This document shows positions 21,264-31,802 of a stretch of DNA of 64,000 nucleotides, piece after piece. This DNA is from Limnochordia bacterium (lineage in GTDB: Bacteria > Bacillota > Limnochordia > DTU080), in the NCBI GenBank assembly GCA_050951545.1, contig JBMNJG010000011.1:256001-320000 (forward strand), in the 5' to 3' direction. Under the pieces are notes generated by a model. That model did not search any database and was not told the DNA's origin. It worked only from the letters and a program-made list of their open reading frames with translations. The position numbers and the translations under genes are program-made. Each line of letters starts with the position of its first letter. The first letter of the stretch is position 1.

Positions 21264-21357
21264 GAGGAAAACGGCGAATAGTACCGAAGTGGATCCGGCA
21301 GTGACGGATCGCTTCAGCCCCATCGGCTGCTGTAGTCTCGCCCAAGGAGGGACCTAC

Positions 21358-21576
21358 ATGCTCGTGCTCACGCGCAAGCGCGATGAGAGCATCTTCATCG
21401 GTGACAATATCAAAATCACGGTTGTTGACGTTCGCGGCGATCAAGTAAAAATTGGCATAGATGCTCCTAGACACGTGCCCGTGCATCGGGAAGAGGTGTA
21501 TAAGGAGATTCAGGAAGAAACACGACAGGCTGGCTCAGGGGCGCTCGATCCAAAGCAAAGCCTTGCCCGACACTAG
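21358..21576 (+). CDS. csrA: Carbon storage regulator CsrA
   Basis: [33 protein letters not shown]; SD AAGGAGG. Confidence 0.96.
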   Translation: MLVLTRKRDESIFIGDNIKITVVDVRGDQVKIGIDAPRHVPVHREEVYKEIQEETRQAGSGALDPKQSLARH

Positions 21577-21605
21577 CTTGGCATCGAATCAAGAGTTCTC
21601 ATGGT

Positions 21606-21641
21606 AACGGCTTGTGGTCGCCGCGGCAACCACAAGCCGTT
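21606..21641 (+). terminator. Terminator after csrA
   Basis: AACGGCTTGTGGT / ACCACAAGCCGTT 13-bp stem. Confidence 0.75.
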
Positions 21642-21691
21642 TGACTTCTCTGGTAAAGGTCGCTGTTGCATCCTGTTTCCTCTCGTTTGTC

Positions 21692-21720
21692 TTGCGGTGG
21701 CGTAACTAGGGAAGTATAAT
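21692..21720 (+). promoter_or_regulatory. sigmaA promoter for the raiA-motif RNA
   Basis: TTGCGG-N17-TATAAT; predicted start near 21727 coincides with the 5' strand of the closing stem. Confidence 0.75.
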
Positions 21721-21726
21721 GGATTC

Positions 21727-21928
21727 GCCGTCACTCGTCCAGGTCTGTGGTTGAAAGTCGAGGCCAGCCGTAGGCGAAACGACCCACGTAAGGCAACCTA
21801 AAAAACGCGTGTTGCCGAGCATGGTGCGGCTTAGAGTAAGACCTGTTGTTTGCGTCGTGCGTACCACGAGTACCGGTAGCGACAGGCGGATGTGGGGGCA
21901 AAGACCAGGTCAGCTGTACGGTGACGGC
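21727..21928 (+). ncRNA. raiA motif RNA
   Basis: Conserved blocks GTGGTTGAAAGTCGA.GCCAG.CG.AGGC.AAACGA.CCACGTAAG, GAGCATGGTGCGGCTTAG, GTGGGG.CAAAGACCAGGTCA; closing stem GCCGTCAC/GTGACGGC; canonical comFC-to-hpf context. Confidence 0.9.
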
Positions 21929-21977
21929 ATGTTGCTGGAGGTCTGCATGGGGCCAGCGGAAGCGAGGGATCGGACCA

Positions 21978-22277
21978 GTGCCATTTGTCGACAAAACACT
22001 GAAATGCAAGGATTGCGACCAGGAATTTGTTTTTACTGCCGGTGAGCAGGCTTTTTACGAGGAAAAAGGGTTTCAGAATGAGCCGACGCGTTGTCGCGAC
22101 TGTCGCGGCGCGCGCAAACGTGAACGTAATACCGGGAGCTTTCGCGGCAACGGCCAGACAAGACAGCTTTACGCAGTGATTTGCGCAGAGTGCGGTGCGG
22201 AGACCCAGGTGCCTTTCCAGCCTAGGGGCGACCGGCCCGTCTACTGCCGCGACTGTTTTCAGGCGAGGAACAGCTAG
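21978..22277 (+). CDS. Zinc-ribbon protein with CxxC-x17-CxxC domain
   Basis: DKTLKCKDC..FVFTAGEQAFY..PTRCRDCR; CAECG..VPFQP..PVYCRDCF. Confidence 0.92.
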   Translation: MPFVDKTLKCKDCDQEFVFTAGEQAFYEEKGFQNEPTRCRDCRGARKRERNTGSFRGNGQTRQLYAVICAECGAETQVPFQPRGDRPVYCRDCFQARNS

Positions 22278-22308
22278 ATCATCGGGGATCCAAGGCGCGG
22301 TAAGGGCG

Positions 22309-22343
22309 GCCCGCTTTGCACAAAAGCGGGCTATTCTTCTTTC
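22309..22343 (+). terminator. Terminator after the zinc-ribbon gene
   Basis: GCCCGCTTT/AAAGCGGGC stem plus T-rich tail. Confidence 0.65.
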
Positions 22344-22439
22344 TGGCTAGGCGGTTTTTCCAGGAGTTATGTTGCGCGTCCAGAAATATACTAGTGCCGC
22401 CGTGCGTTGTGCGAGCGCCAAGCGAAGGGGATGACAGCT

Positions 22440-22997
22440 ATGGCAGAGACAGGAACCATGCGCATCGCAGTCACGGGAAAGAATCTTGAGATCACACAAG
22501 CACTGCGTGAGTACTCTGAGAAGAAGGTGCGCAAACTCATTAAGTTCTTTCGCGGCGGTGAGGTGGGCGCTGAGATGCTGCTTAGTGTACAGCGCGAGGC
22601 GCACATTGCGGAACTCACGGTGCATCTGAACGGGCTTCTGTTGCGTGCAGAGAGTCGCACTTTCGACATGTATGCCAGTATCGACGAGGCTGTGGATCGC
22701 GTGGAACAGCAGTTGCGCAAGTATAAGACGCGCATTCAGCGACGGCTGCAAGAGAGTCCGCGCAAGGATCTCACACCTGATATCCATGTGGCAGGGTCCG
22801 AGGAAAGCGAAGAGGTTCCGCCGGTGGTGGTGCGAACCAAACGGTTTGCGATGAAGCCGATGGACGTCGAAGAGGCGATTATGCAGATGGAGTTGCTCGG
22901 GCACGACTTCTTTGTCTTTACCCACAGCTCCAATGAGAGCATTAATGTGGTGTACCGGCGGCGCGACGGCAACTACGGCTTGATTGAGCCTCAGTAA
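22440..22997 (+). CDS. hpf: Long ribosome hibernation promoting factor (HPF/RaiA)
   Basis: GKNLEITQALREY, DMYASIDEA, PMDVEEAIMQMELLGHDFFVF, VYRRRDGNYGLIEP. Confidence 0.96.
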   Translation: MAETGTMRIAVTGKNLEITQALREYSEKKVRKLIKFFRGGEVGAEMLLSVQREAHIAELTVHLNGLLLRAESRTFDMYASIDEAVDRVEQQLRKYKTRIQRRLQESPRKDLTPDIHVAGSEESEEVPPVVVRTKRFAMKPMDVEEAIMQMELLGHDFFVFTHSSNESINVVYRRRDGNYGLIEPQ

Positions 22998-23023
22998 GTC
23001 GTGATTGATTGACGGTTCTTCGT

Positions 23024-23050
23024 GACCCGGCCCTGCAGGGCCGGGTCTTC
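23024..23050. terminator. Terminator between convergent genes
   Basis: GACCCGGCCC-TGCA-GGGCCGGGTC. Confidence 0.7.
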
Positions 23051-23080
23051 ACTATGTAGTTGGCAGCAGATTATGAGTTA

Positions 23081-23590
23081 CTATTGCGGTTTGCTTTCAG
23101 GAGGGACGCCATTCGGATCATCGGTAAGAAAGAAAGCGTCGAAACGAGCTTTGATCTCGCCGTGAGAGGCCTTCAACTGGTGTGTGCCCTTCTTCAGATC
23201 ATAGGATGCGATTTTCACCCACTCGTAGACGCCTGTTGTGGAGGGCCATTTTCTGCTCCATGGTGCATTACCCACGGTGACATAGGCTGCATCGGAATTA
23301 CCATCTGGACCGAAAAGACGCGCCCACAACTGGTAGGTATCATCCGCAGGAACTGATACTTCGATCTCGGCCAGTGCCACAGGAGACCGGGTATCTTGGC
23401 CTACTGGCACATGGATGTATCTGCCGCCAAACGCTTCTCCGTCGGCAGCTACTACCATATCTGAGGCTAGGGTCATGTCTTCGGCTTCGACAAGTACGCT
23501 GAATTCGGAGGCGAGAGCTGCGCTTTGGAGCATTGCCGCTATCAACAGCGTAAGACAGAGTACTACTGAGCTTTGCATGTTCCGAACCAT
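23081..23590 (-). CDS. Small exported beta-sandwich, CBM-like protein
   Basis: Signal peptide ending ALA-S; VEAED, YQLWAR, YEWVK, LKKGTHQL, FDAFFLT. Confidence 0.6.
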   Translation of the reverse strand: MVRNMQSSVVLCLTLLIAAMLQSAALASEFSVLVEAEDMTLASDMVVAADGEAFGGRYIHVPVGQDTRSPVALAEIEVSVPADDTYQLWARLFGPDGNSDAAYVTVGNAPWSRKWPSTTGVYEWVKIASYDLKKGTHQLKASHGEIKARFDAFFLTDDPNGVPPESKPQ

Positions 23591-23918
23591 AACAGAGTGC
23601 CCCCTTGTGTAAGGTAATTGATAAGATAAACCCATCGCAGGATCGCGATATCAGTAAGACTATATGACGTTGAAGCGCATTTACCTTTTTTTCCCTCGCC
23701 CGACGATGCCGGATGGCGCCTTTGGCAGCTTCTGGCCGTGGCGTCTCCTTGTTGGGCGGATGCTGCCATGCTATACTATTGGCGACAAATGAAGAGTACG
23801 CGCACAGGCGCCCGACCGGAAGCAGGCTGGGTACAGTAGGTGTCCCGGTGGCTTATCTATTGTGCAGCATTGGCGAATGCTGGTGATCGCCTAGAGACGA
23901 TCTGCAAAGGGGTAGTAT

Positions 23919-26612
23919 ATGCTCGGGCTCATACGCAGAATGTTCGACACGAACGCCAAAGAGGTACGGAGACTGCAGGAGCGGACTCTGGCCATTAATG
24001 CTATAGAGTCAGAAACAAAGGCACTGACTGATTCCGATCTACGGGCAAGGAAAGATGAGTTCCGCTCGCGCTTGGATAATGGCGCTGATCTGGACGATCT
24101 CTTGCCCGAAGCTTTCGCTGTGGTGAGGGAGGCAGCCTGGCGTGCCATCGGGCAGCGTCACTATGATGTGCAGCTGATGGGCGGCATTGTGTTGCATGAG
24201 GGCCGCATTGCGGAGATGAAGACTGGCGAAGGCAAAACCCTGGTGGCGACCTTGCCGGTCTATCTCAATGCTCTTGTTGGTCGTGGAGTGCATGTGATCA
24301 CAGTTAACGATTACCTCGCTCGTCGAGACGCGGAATGGATGGGACGCATCTACCGCTCCCTGGGCCTATCCGTAGGCTGTATTGTGCATGGACTTGACTT
24401 CGCTATGCGTCGACAGGCCTATAGCTGCGACGTAACCTATGGCACAAACAATGAGTTTGGTTTTGACTACTTGCGTGACAACATGGTCATGCATCCTGAG
24501 CAAAGAGTACAGAGACAGCTGCACTACGCGATTGTGGACGAGGTAGACAACATCCTGATCGACGAAGCGCGTACGCCACTTATCATTTCGGGTCAGGCCG
24601 AGGAATCTACGGATCATTACTATCGCTTCGCGCAGCTCGTCCCTCGTCTGAAGCGCGATGTGGACTACACGGTCGAAGAGAAGACGCGTCAGGTCGCGAT
24701 CAGCGAAGAGGGTGTGGAGAAACTCGAGCAGTGGCTGGGAGTGAACATGTTTGACGAGGCTCACTTTGAGCTCACGCACTATATGCAACAGGCATTGCGG
24801 GCACACACTCTCTATCAGAAAGACCGAGACTACGTCGTCAAAGACGGGAAAGTGACTATTGTCGATGAGTTCACCGGGCGTCTAATGCTGGGGCGCCGCT
24901 ATAGCGATGGTCTGCATCAGGCCATCGAAGCCAAAGAGGGCGTGCGTATCGAACATGAGTCGCAGACGCTAGCTTCTATCACGTTCCAGAACTACTTCCG
25001 CATGTATGAGAAACTCGCCGGCATGACTGGTACGGCGGAGACGGAAGAGGCCGAGTTTCGCAAGATCTATGGCATGGATGTGGTGGTTATTCCCACCAAC
25101 ATGCCGCTGATTCGCCAAGACCACGCTGATCTAGTCTATAAGACGGAGATGGCCAAGTTCGAAGCGATCGTGGATGAGATTGCTCAGTGGCACCAAGAGG
25201 GTAGGCCAGTCTTGGTCGGTACTATCTCCATTGAGAAATCAGAGAAGCTGAGTGACATGCTCTCTCGGCGAGGCATCAAGCATCAAGTTCTCAATGCCAA
25301 GCATCACGAGAAAGAGGCAGAGATCATCGCTCAGGCGGGGCGGCTCGGAGCAGTCACCATTGCCACGAATATGGCGGGACGGGGCACTGACATTCTGCTG
25401 GGGGGCAACCCAGAATTCTTAGCCAAGCAGCGTTTGCGACAAGCGGGCATCGCGCCCGAGATTGAGGCCCAGATAGGCGAGCCTACAGCGGGTGACGAGC
25501 CGGAGGTACTGGCGGCGCGGGATATGTTCCAGAAGCTCCTCGAAGAGTGCAAAGGTGAGACCGATCTCGAGAAAGAGCAAGTGATCCAGCGAGGTGGCTT
25601 GCACATCATTGGCTCAGAACGCCATGAGAGTCGCCGCATTGACAACCAGCTTCGGGGGCGCTCAGGCCGACAGGGCGACCCAGGATCCTCGCGCTTTTAC
25701 GTCTCACTAGAAGACGACTTGATGCGCCTGTTCGGGTCAGAACGGGTCTCCTCTATCATGGACCGTCTAGGATGGGAAGACGATCAGCCCATTGAGCATG
25801 GCCAGATCACTCGGACCATTGAGAACGCTCAGCGTAAGGTGGAAGCTTACCACTTCGATATCCGCGAGCAAGTGCTAAAGTATGACGACGTACTGAACAA
25901 GCAGCGCGAAGTGATCTACGAGATGCGCCGTCACGTGCTCAACGGTGAAGACATGCGCGAGCGAATTCAAGGCATGATGCATCAAGCGATAGGCACTATG
26001 GTTGCGGAAACGTGCAGCGAGAAGGTGCATCATGAGGAATGGGACCGCGATGGACTGCTCGAGCGTCTGAATGATCTAGTCGCTGGAGATCCAGGAATCT
26101 CGGTGGATGATCTGCGTATATCCGACCGAGACGGCATCGAGGAGATCCTGCTCGAGAAGGCCGAAGCTGCCTACGCCGCTCGGCAAACGACGATAGGCGC
26201 TGAGCAATTGCGTGAGCTAGAGCGCATGATCCTCCTACATGTGGTCGACACCAAGTGGATGGATCATCTGCGAAACATGGAAGACTTGCGACAGGGCATC
26301 GGTTTGCGGGCTTACGCGCAGCAAGATCCGCTGCTCGAGTACCAGTTTGAGAGCTTCCAAATGTTTCAGGCGATGATGCATGCGGTACAAGACGACGTGT
26401 TACGGTACCTGTTTCGTGTACAGGTGGCGGGCCGAGATGCCCAGCGCGAGCAGGAAGAGCGTCAGAAGGCTGCGCAAAGACTGCTCTCGGTTCAGACCAA
26501 CCGCGATGGTGACGATGCCGCACGGCCTAGGCGGGTAGGCGCCAAGGTGGGCCGTAACGATCCGTGTCCGTGTGGTTCCGGCAAGAAGTATAAGCGATGC
26601 TGTGGAGCTTAG
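23919..26612 (+). CDS. secA: Preprotein translocase subunit SecA
   Basis: [40 protein letters not shown]-terminal SEC-C motif. Confidence 0.99.
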   Translation: MLGLIRRMFDTNAKEVRRLQERTLAINAIESETKALTDSDLRARKDEFRSRLDNGADLDDLLPEAFAVVREAAWRAIGQRHYDVQLMGGIVLHEGRIAEMKTGEGKTLVATLPVYLNALVGRGVHVITVNDYLARRDAEWMGRIYRSLGLSVGCIVHGLDFAMRRQAYSCDVTYGTNNEFGFDYLRDNMVMHPEQRVQRQLHYAIVDEVDNILIDEARTPLIISGQAEESTDHYYRFAQLVPRLKRDVDYTVEEKTRQVAISEEGVEKLEQWLGVNMFDEAHFELTHYMQQALRAHTLYQKDRDYVVKDGKVTIVDEFTGRLMLGRRYSDGLHQAIEAKEGVRIEHESQTLASITFQNYFRMYEKLAGMTGTAETEEAEFRKIYGMDVVVIPTNMPLIRQDHADLVYKTEMAKFEAIVDEIAQWHQEGRPVLVGTISIEKSEKLSDMLSRRGIKHQVLNAKHHEKEAEIIAQAGRLGAVTIATNMAGRGTDILLGGNPEFLAKQRLRQAGIAPEIEAQIGEPTAGDEPEVLAARDMFQKLLEECKGETDLEKEQVIQRGGLHIIGSERHESRRIDNQLRGRSGRQGDPGSSRFYVSLEDDLMRLFGSERVSSIMDRLGWEDDQPIEHGQITRTIENAQRKVEAYHFDIREQVLKYDDVLNKQREVIYEMRRHVLNGEDMRERIQGMMHQAIGTMVAETCSEKVHHEEWDRDGLLERLNDLVAGDPGISVDDLRISDRDGIEEILLEKAEAAYAARQTTIGAEQLRELERMILLHVVDTKWMDHLRNMEDLRQGIGLRAYAQQDPLLEYQFESFQMFQAMMHAVQDDVLRYLFRVQVAGRDAQREQEERQKAAQRLLSVQTNRDGDDAARPRRVGAKVGRNDPCPCGSGKKYKRCCGA

Positions 26613-26660
26613 TAGATGCTACACTTTGTGACGGATCTTGTGGAAAGGGTGACGCAAGCG

Positions 26661-27786
26661 GTGTATGACGTATCGCAGCTAAGGGAGAGTCTGCAGAGCC
26701 AGCGGCAGCGTCTGGCTGAAATGAAGGTGTATCTTTGACGTAGCAGCTGCGCAACAGAGTCTGGAGCGGCTCGAAGAGGTAATGGGATCTCCTGAGTTCT
26801 GGAGCAATCAGGACGAGGCACAGAAGGTGGTTCGCGAGGCTAGCCTGCTGAAGCAGCGCATTGAGAGCTGGAGTGCTGTCCGCGTTGAACAGGAGGATGT
26901 AGAGATCCTTCTGGAACTGGCGGAGGAAGAAGACGACGATCAGGCATGGCAAGAGGTTGCCGAAGCACTCGAGAAGCTCACCGCAGGGATTGATCACCTC
27001 GAGCTGTCTAGTCTGCTCAACGGGAAGTACGATGGGGCTAACGCACTGCTATCCATCCATCCCGGGGCCGGGGGCACCGAGTCGCAGGACTGGGCTCAGA
27101 TGCTGCTTCGCATGTACAGCCGATGGGCCGAAGAACAGGAGTATCAGGTTGAGACATTGGATTACCTCCCCGGCGATGAAGCAGGGATTAAGAGCGTGAC
27201 CCTGCATATCAAGGGGCTCAATGCCTTCGGTTATCTGCAGGCAGAGAAGGGAGTGCATCGGCTGGTGCGCATTTCGCCTTTCGACGCATCCGGCCGCAGA
27301 CATACCTCGTTCGCGTCGGTGGACGTCATGCCCGAGGTCGACGATCTTGGTGAGATTGAGATTGACCTCGGCGATCTGAAGATTGACACTTTCCGTTCCA
27401 GTGGTGCGGGTGGACAGCATGTCAACAAGACAGAGTCAGCCATACGGTTGACGCACATTCCAACCGGAATTGTGGTCTCGTGCCAAAGCGAGCGTTCGCA
27501 GCACTCCAATCGTGAAGCGGCCATGCGCGTGTTGCGGGCCAAACTACTGGAGCGCAAAATCCAGGATCAGGAGGCCAAACTGGCAGAGATTCGTGGCGAG
27601 CAACGAGAGATTGCTTGGGGTAGTCAGATCCGTTCGTACGTGTTCTGTCCTTACACCATGGTGAAGGATCACCGGACGGATATGGAAGTCGGAAACGTGG
27701 AAGCTGTGATGGACGGAGAGATCAGCCCCTTCATCGAAGCTTATCTGCAGTGGAAGGCCCGTGGGCGAGGGCAGGTCACATCATAG
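26661..27786 (+). CDS. prfB: Peptide chain release factor 2, translated via a +1 programmed frameshift
   Basis: Frame 1 GTG 26661 to CTT-TGA-C (26733-26739); +1 GAC is in frame with the 26782 ORF carrying SPF and GGQ. Confidence 0.95.
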
Positions 27787-27808
27787 TGAATGAGGGGCGC
27801 TCAAGGCC

Positions 27809-28594
27809 ATGATGCAGGAAAAGAAGATTCCCTGGGGGGGAGGCTGGCCGATGCGCAGCGCGATCGCCTTGCTGGTAGCGCTGATGGTAGCGTTTGGGGG
27901 TAGCCAGGCTTTTCTGCCGCGTATGGTAGAGCAGCGCCTCGCGATTGGCATCGGCAAGTCAATGGGTCCTGCGGAACGCGTGAGCGTGCAGGTGATGGCT
28001 TTTCCTGCTCTTCAGCTTCTGGCTGGCCGGCTGCAGCGCTTGACGGTGGATGTGCGTCAGGTTGAACTTGATGGGTTGAAGGTGGAGGCGTTTCTCGTTG
28101 ATGCCCAGAATCTAGTGATCGACGCCCAGAAGCTTCGGCGTGGAGAAGGAGTCCAAGTGCGGGCGGCTGACTCATTGCGTGTGAGTGCAGTGATCGCAGA
28201 AGAGGATCTTAACGCCTTTTTCTGGTCCAAGCTCGATCCGTCGCGGGCGTTCAGTATTGAGTTGGAACCCGATGTGGCGCGGCTACGGGGGAGTGTGAGC
28301 TTTCTCGGCCACAGCATCGGTCTCACTGTGAACGGACATTTCGAGGTAGTACAGCCCACACAGGTTAGCTTCGTCGTAGATGAGGTGAAGGTGGAGAAGA
28401 TGAGCCTGCCACGCTTTCTGATGGAAAGCCTGGCTAAGCGCTGGTCTGTCCAGATTGATCTGGCTCAGTCAGCCGTGCCCCTGGAGATCAGCGATGTGAG
28501 AGTGGGGCGGGAGCGTTTGTTCATCTATGGTCGGCGTCCAGCTGATCTTCCTCATGCAGGTGCACAGGGAGACGCTGTAAATGTAGGGAGATGA
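27809..28594 (+). CDS. DUF2993/LmeA-like membrane-anchored protein
   Basis: N-terminal TM, AFPALQLLAGRLQRL, EEDLNAFF. Confidence 0.7.
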   Translation: MMQEKKIPWGGGWPMRSAIALLVALMVAFGGSQAFLPRMVEQRLAIGIGKSMGPAERVSVQVMAFPALQLLAGRLQRLTVDVRQVELDGLKVEAFLVDAQNLVIDAQKLRRGEGVQVRAADSLRVSAVIAEEDLNAFFWSKLDPSRAFSIELEPDVARLRGSVSFLGHSIGLTVNGHFEVVQPTQVSFVVDEVKVEKMSLPRFLMESLAKRWSVQIDLAQSAVPLEISDVRVGRERLFIYGRRPADLPHAGAQGDAVNVGR

Positions 28595-30634
28595 GTGGCG
28601 ATGGCGAATCCGCTGAGACGCGTCTATGCAGTCATCATGCTTCTTTCGGTGCTATCTGCGGCCGGGATCGCGGTTTCCCGCTTGTCGGTAGAGCGGGCGA
28701 ACAACACTGTCGGGATCATGGTGGACTACTATGCGACGCGTGATCTAAGCGCCCAGACTAGCAGGTCGCTTTCTGAGACACTTCAGGCGCTCAAAGAGGC
28801 AGGGGCCTGGGGAGTTGGGCTTGAGGAATTGACGGTGGACCGAGCGGCACGCGAAGGCCTGTTAATGCTCTTTGACGGGCTGGAAGCTGGGCCAGCGTTG
28901 CAGGCCATGGGCTTAGGCGTACTGCCTGTGCGGGAGTCCAGCGCTTATGTCGTCTGGTGGCCAGCTACGACGCCACAGTGGTTTGCTCATGCCCTGAGGA
29001 TGCATCTATGGCCCTGGGCGCAGGAGACTGCAAATGGCCGGGGGCTGCTTGTCTGGGAGATCCCTGCAGGCGATCCGGGAGAAGGTCAGGCCAACCGGCC
29101 AGTAGTCGCAGCAACGGTGGGTAACCTGGGTCTAGGATTGTCAGAGACAGCCGTGCGCCTTATTCGGCAGGCCGGGCTGCAAGTGATACCTCGATTCCGA
29201 CATGATCCCACGCTGAACGAGCAGCAGGTGCGATGGCGGCTGAGGCAGGTCGATTCGCCCCTCTACGACGGGGTGCCGGTCGTCTTCGCTGGTCAGAGAA
29301 TTCCTGGCTCACCCGACCTGTTGCCGGAGTGGATCTCAGGTCTTCAGACGAGGCGTCTACCGCTGGGCTTGATTGAGTTTGCGCCGCAACCCGGTGACAA
29401 GGAGCTGGCGAGGGCTCTGGGGTACCAGGGCATCAGATTGCACACTATCAACGCTCTGGAGTTGCTCAAGATCGATCCGCAAGTTGCTGTAGAGAGATGG
29501 CGGCGGGCGGTAAGGGAACGCGATGTGCGTCTATTGTACGTGCGGCCGCTACCAGCCCAGAACCCCTTTGTGAAACGTAGTGTCGACGAGTCCATACCGC
29601 CGGAAGTGATCTTGATGCAAAGGAATCTGGAGTATGTGCAGCAGATCGCTCAGGCAGTTCGCAGGGATGGTTTTGGCATAGGAAGACCAGCACCATTCCG
29701 TCCGTTGGTCTATCCGTGGCTGCTGCTATGTTTTGCGGCAGCAGGGATTGCTCTGGGGAGTTGGTTGCTGTTGGCTCGCGCCGTGTACCTGCCAGAGGGG
29801 TATGGCCCTTGGTTGGCGGCTGGCGTGGCAGTTGTTTTCGCCGTCGGTTACCTTTTGGGCTACGGCTCGTTGCTGTGTAAGGTCTTGGCTCTGGTAGCCG
29901 CGGTGATCTTTCCTACTCTAGGGATAAAGTGGGCCAGTGATGTGGCCGGCGCCCGCCACGGAGTCCTGAAAGGATACTGGCTGGCGAGCGCAGTCTCCTT
30001 GCTTGGTGCGCTGCATGTGGTGGCCATGCTCAGTGACGTACGCTTCATGCTGAAAGTAGACCAGTTTGTCGGCGTCAAGCTGGCGCATGTGGCTCCGCCA
30101 GCTCTTATTGTGTTGGGCATTTTGCTTGGGCCGTTGCCGCTTGCCCTGGGGCGGGGTGGCGATGGCTGGCAGAAGCTGCGCAATCTGGCCGCGACGCAGG
30201 TGCCCGTCAGAATCCTGGGCGGTGTGGCACTGATTGGGCTAGTGGGCTTGGTATATGTCATGCGTACTGGCAACGACCTTTTGCCCGTCCTTACGCTCGA
30301 GCAGGCCGTGAGGCGACTGCTGGAAGGGTGGCTGGTCGTGAGACCGCGGAGTAAGGAGTTGTTCTTTGGACACCCGTTGCTGGTCGCGGCCTTGCATCAG
30401 AAAGGGTTGGGGCGGCGTAGAGTGGGAGCGTGGCTGATGGTCGGCGCTGTGATAGGCCAACTCTCTATCTTGAATACCTTCTCGCACATCCACACCCCGT
30501 TGCTGGTGAGCATGTGGCGCACCCTGTTGGGCCTTGTGCTCGGGTTTGCTTTGGGCTGGGGTGTGGTAAGGCCTGTGGTAGCCTGGTTCGTGGCCAGAGT
30601 AGGCGAGGGAAGACGGAGCGAGATAGGTGCCTGA
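28595..30634 (+). CDS. DUF5693 family membrane protein
   Basis: RAVRERDVRLLYVRP, FVGVKLAH, RPRSKELFFGHP, NTFSHIHTP. Confidence 0.85.
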   Translation: MAMANPLRRVYAVIMLLSVLSAAGIAVSRLSVERANNTVGIMVDYYATRDLSAQTSRSLSETLQALKEAGAWGVGLEELTVDRAAREGLLMLFDGLEAGPALQAMGLGVLPVRESSAYVVWWPATTPQWFAHALRMHLWPWAQETANGRGLLVWEIPAGDPGEGQANRPVVAATVGNLGLGLSETAVRLIRQAGLQVIPRFRHDPTLNEQQVRWRLRQVDSPLYDGVPVVFAGQRIPGSPDLLPEWISGLQTRRLPLGLIEFAPQPGDKELARALGYQGIRLHTINALELLKIDPQVAVERWRRAVRERDVRLLYVRPLPAQNPFVKRSVDESIPPEVILMQRNLEYVQQIAQAVRRDGFGIGRPAPFRPLVYPWLLLCFAAAGIALGSWLLLARAVYLPEGYGPWLAAGVAVVFAVGYLLGYGSLLCKVLALVAAVIFPTLGIKWASDVAGARHGVLKGYWLASAVSLLGALHVVAMLSDVRFMLKVDQFVGVKLAHVAPPALIVLGILLGPLPLALGRGGDGWQKLRNLAATQVPVRILGGVALIGLVGLVYVMRTGNDLLPVLTLEQAVRRLLEGWLVVRPRSKELFFGHPLLVAALHQKGLGRRRVGAWLMVGAVIGQLSILNTFSHIHTPLLVSMWRTLLGLVLGFALGWGVVRPVVAWFVARVGEGRRSEIGA

Positions 30635-31802
30635 GGTGCCAGGCGGTCCTCGGATCGTTGTTTCGGGCTACTACGGGTTTGGCAACATCGGTGATGAGGC
30701 GTTGTTGGCCGGACTGCTGACAGGCATGCGCGAGGCGGCCCCAGAGGTGTCGCCAGTGGTCTTGAGTGCGGATCCGACTGCGACCACTGCCGTACACGGT
30801 GTGGAGGCGGTGAATCGTAGTAGCCTCTCACTGGTCTGGCGTGCATTGCACAACTCACAAGGGCTGTTGAGTGGCGGCGGAAGTCTTCTCCAGGATGTGA
30901 CGAGTAGGCGTAGCATCTACTACTATTTGTCGGTAATGGCCCTGGCGCAGCTTCTACGCCGTCCTTACTGTCTCTATGGTCAAGGGATAGGTCCTATCGG
31001 GAGGTCTGCAGCTCAATGGGCGACGCGTCTCGTGTTGCAGGGGAGCCGCGGAGTCTGGGTGCGTGACAGAGCGTCATTAACGCTGGTTAGGGAGCTTGGA
31101 GCGAGGCCAGTGCAGCTATCAGTTGTGGGCGACCCTGCCTTCTTGCTGCCGCCAGTCTCCAGTGGCGAGGCAGATGCGCTAGGCCCGGCTGATGGACAGC
31201 GCCCCGTCTGGGTGATCGCCGTGCGTCCTTGGGGGGACGAAGCGGGTTGGTTACCCAATCTGGTGACAGCTCTCGGCAAGGCAGCGACAGAAGCCGAAGC
31301 CTCACTTGTTTTTTTGCCTATGCATCAGAGAACAGACGCTATCCTGTCCGAGAAGATGGCCCAGCAGATCCGCAATGTGTACGGCGTGCCAGTTGACGTG
31401 GCAGAGGCATGTTCTTTTCACGGGGCGCGTCAGCTACTTGCATGCGCTGACATGGTACTAGCCATGCGCTTGCACGCGCTCATGCTGGCGGTGGCCAGTG
31501 TGGTACCGAGTGTGGCGATCAGCTATGACCCCAAGGTGGAGGCTTTTGCCTCGGAAGTTGGCTTGCCTTGGATCGCGTTGGGTGCCCTTAAGGCGTCATC
31601 AGGGGCCTGTCAGCTGCGCCAGATGATCGTCGCGGCTTGGCGAGCGAGTCAAGAGGTCACTTGCCAGTTAAAGAGGCATGCTGGAGAGCAGCGAAAAGCT
31701 GCCAGTCAAGGCCTTGTGGCGGCATTAGGTGCACTCGGGGTGATCCCGGATCGGCCGAAGGAGAGGGCGGGGCAGAGTGGGACAAGGTGTGACCGAACGT
31801 GA
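30627..31802 (+). CDS. csaB: Polysaccharide pyruvyl transferase CsaB
   Basis: SGYYGFGNIGDEA, GGGSLLQDVTS, GQGIGPI, MRLHAL, SYDPKV. Confidence 0.92.
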   Translation: MPEVPGGPRIVVSGYYGFGNIGDEALLAGLLTGMREAAPEVSPVVLSADPTATTAVHGVEAVNRSSLSLVWRALHNSQGLLSGGGSLLQDVTSRRSIYYYLSVMALAQLLRRPYCLYGQGIGPIGRSAAQWATRLVLQGSRGVWVRDRASLTLVRELGARPVQLSVVGDPAFLLPPVSSGEADALGPADGQRPVWVIAVRPWGDEAGWLPNLVTALGKAATEAEASLVFLPMHQRTDAILSEKMAQQIRNVYGVPVDVAEACSFHGARQLLACADMVLAMRLHALMLAVASVVPSVAISYDPKVEAFASEVGLPWIALGALKASSGACQLRQMIVAAWRASQEVTCQLKRHAGEQRKAASQGLVAALGALGVIPDRPKERAGQSGTRCDRT

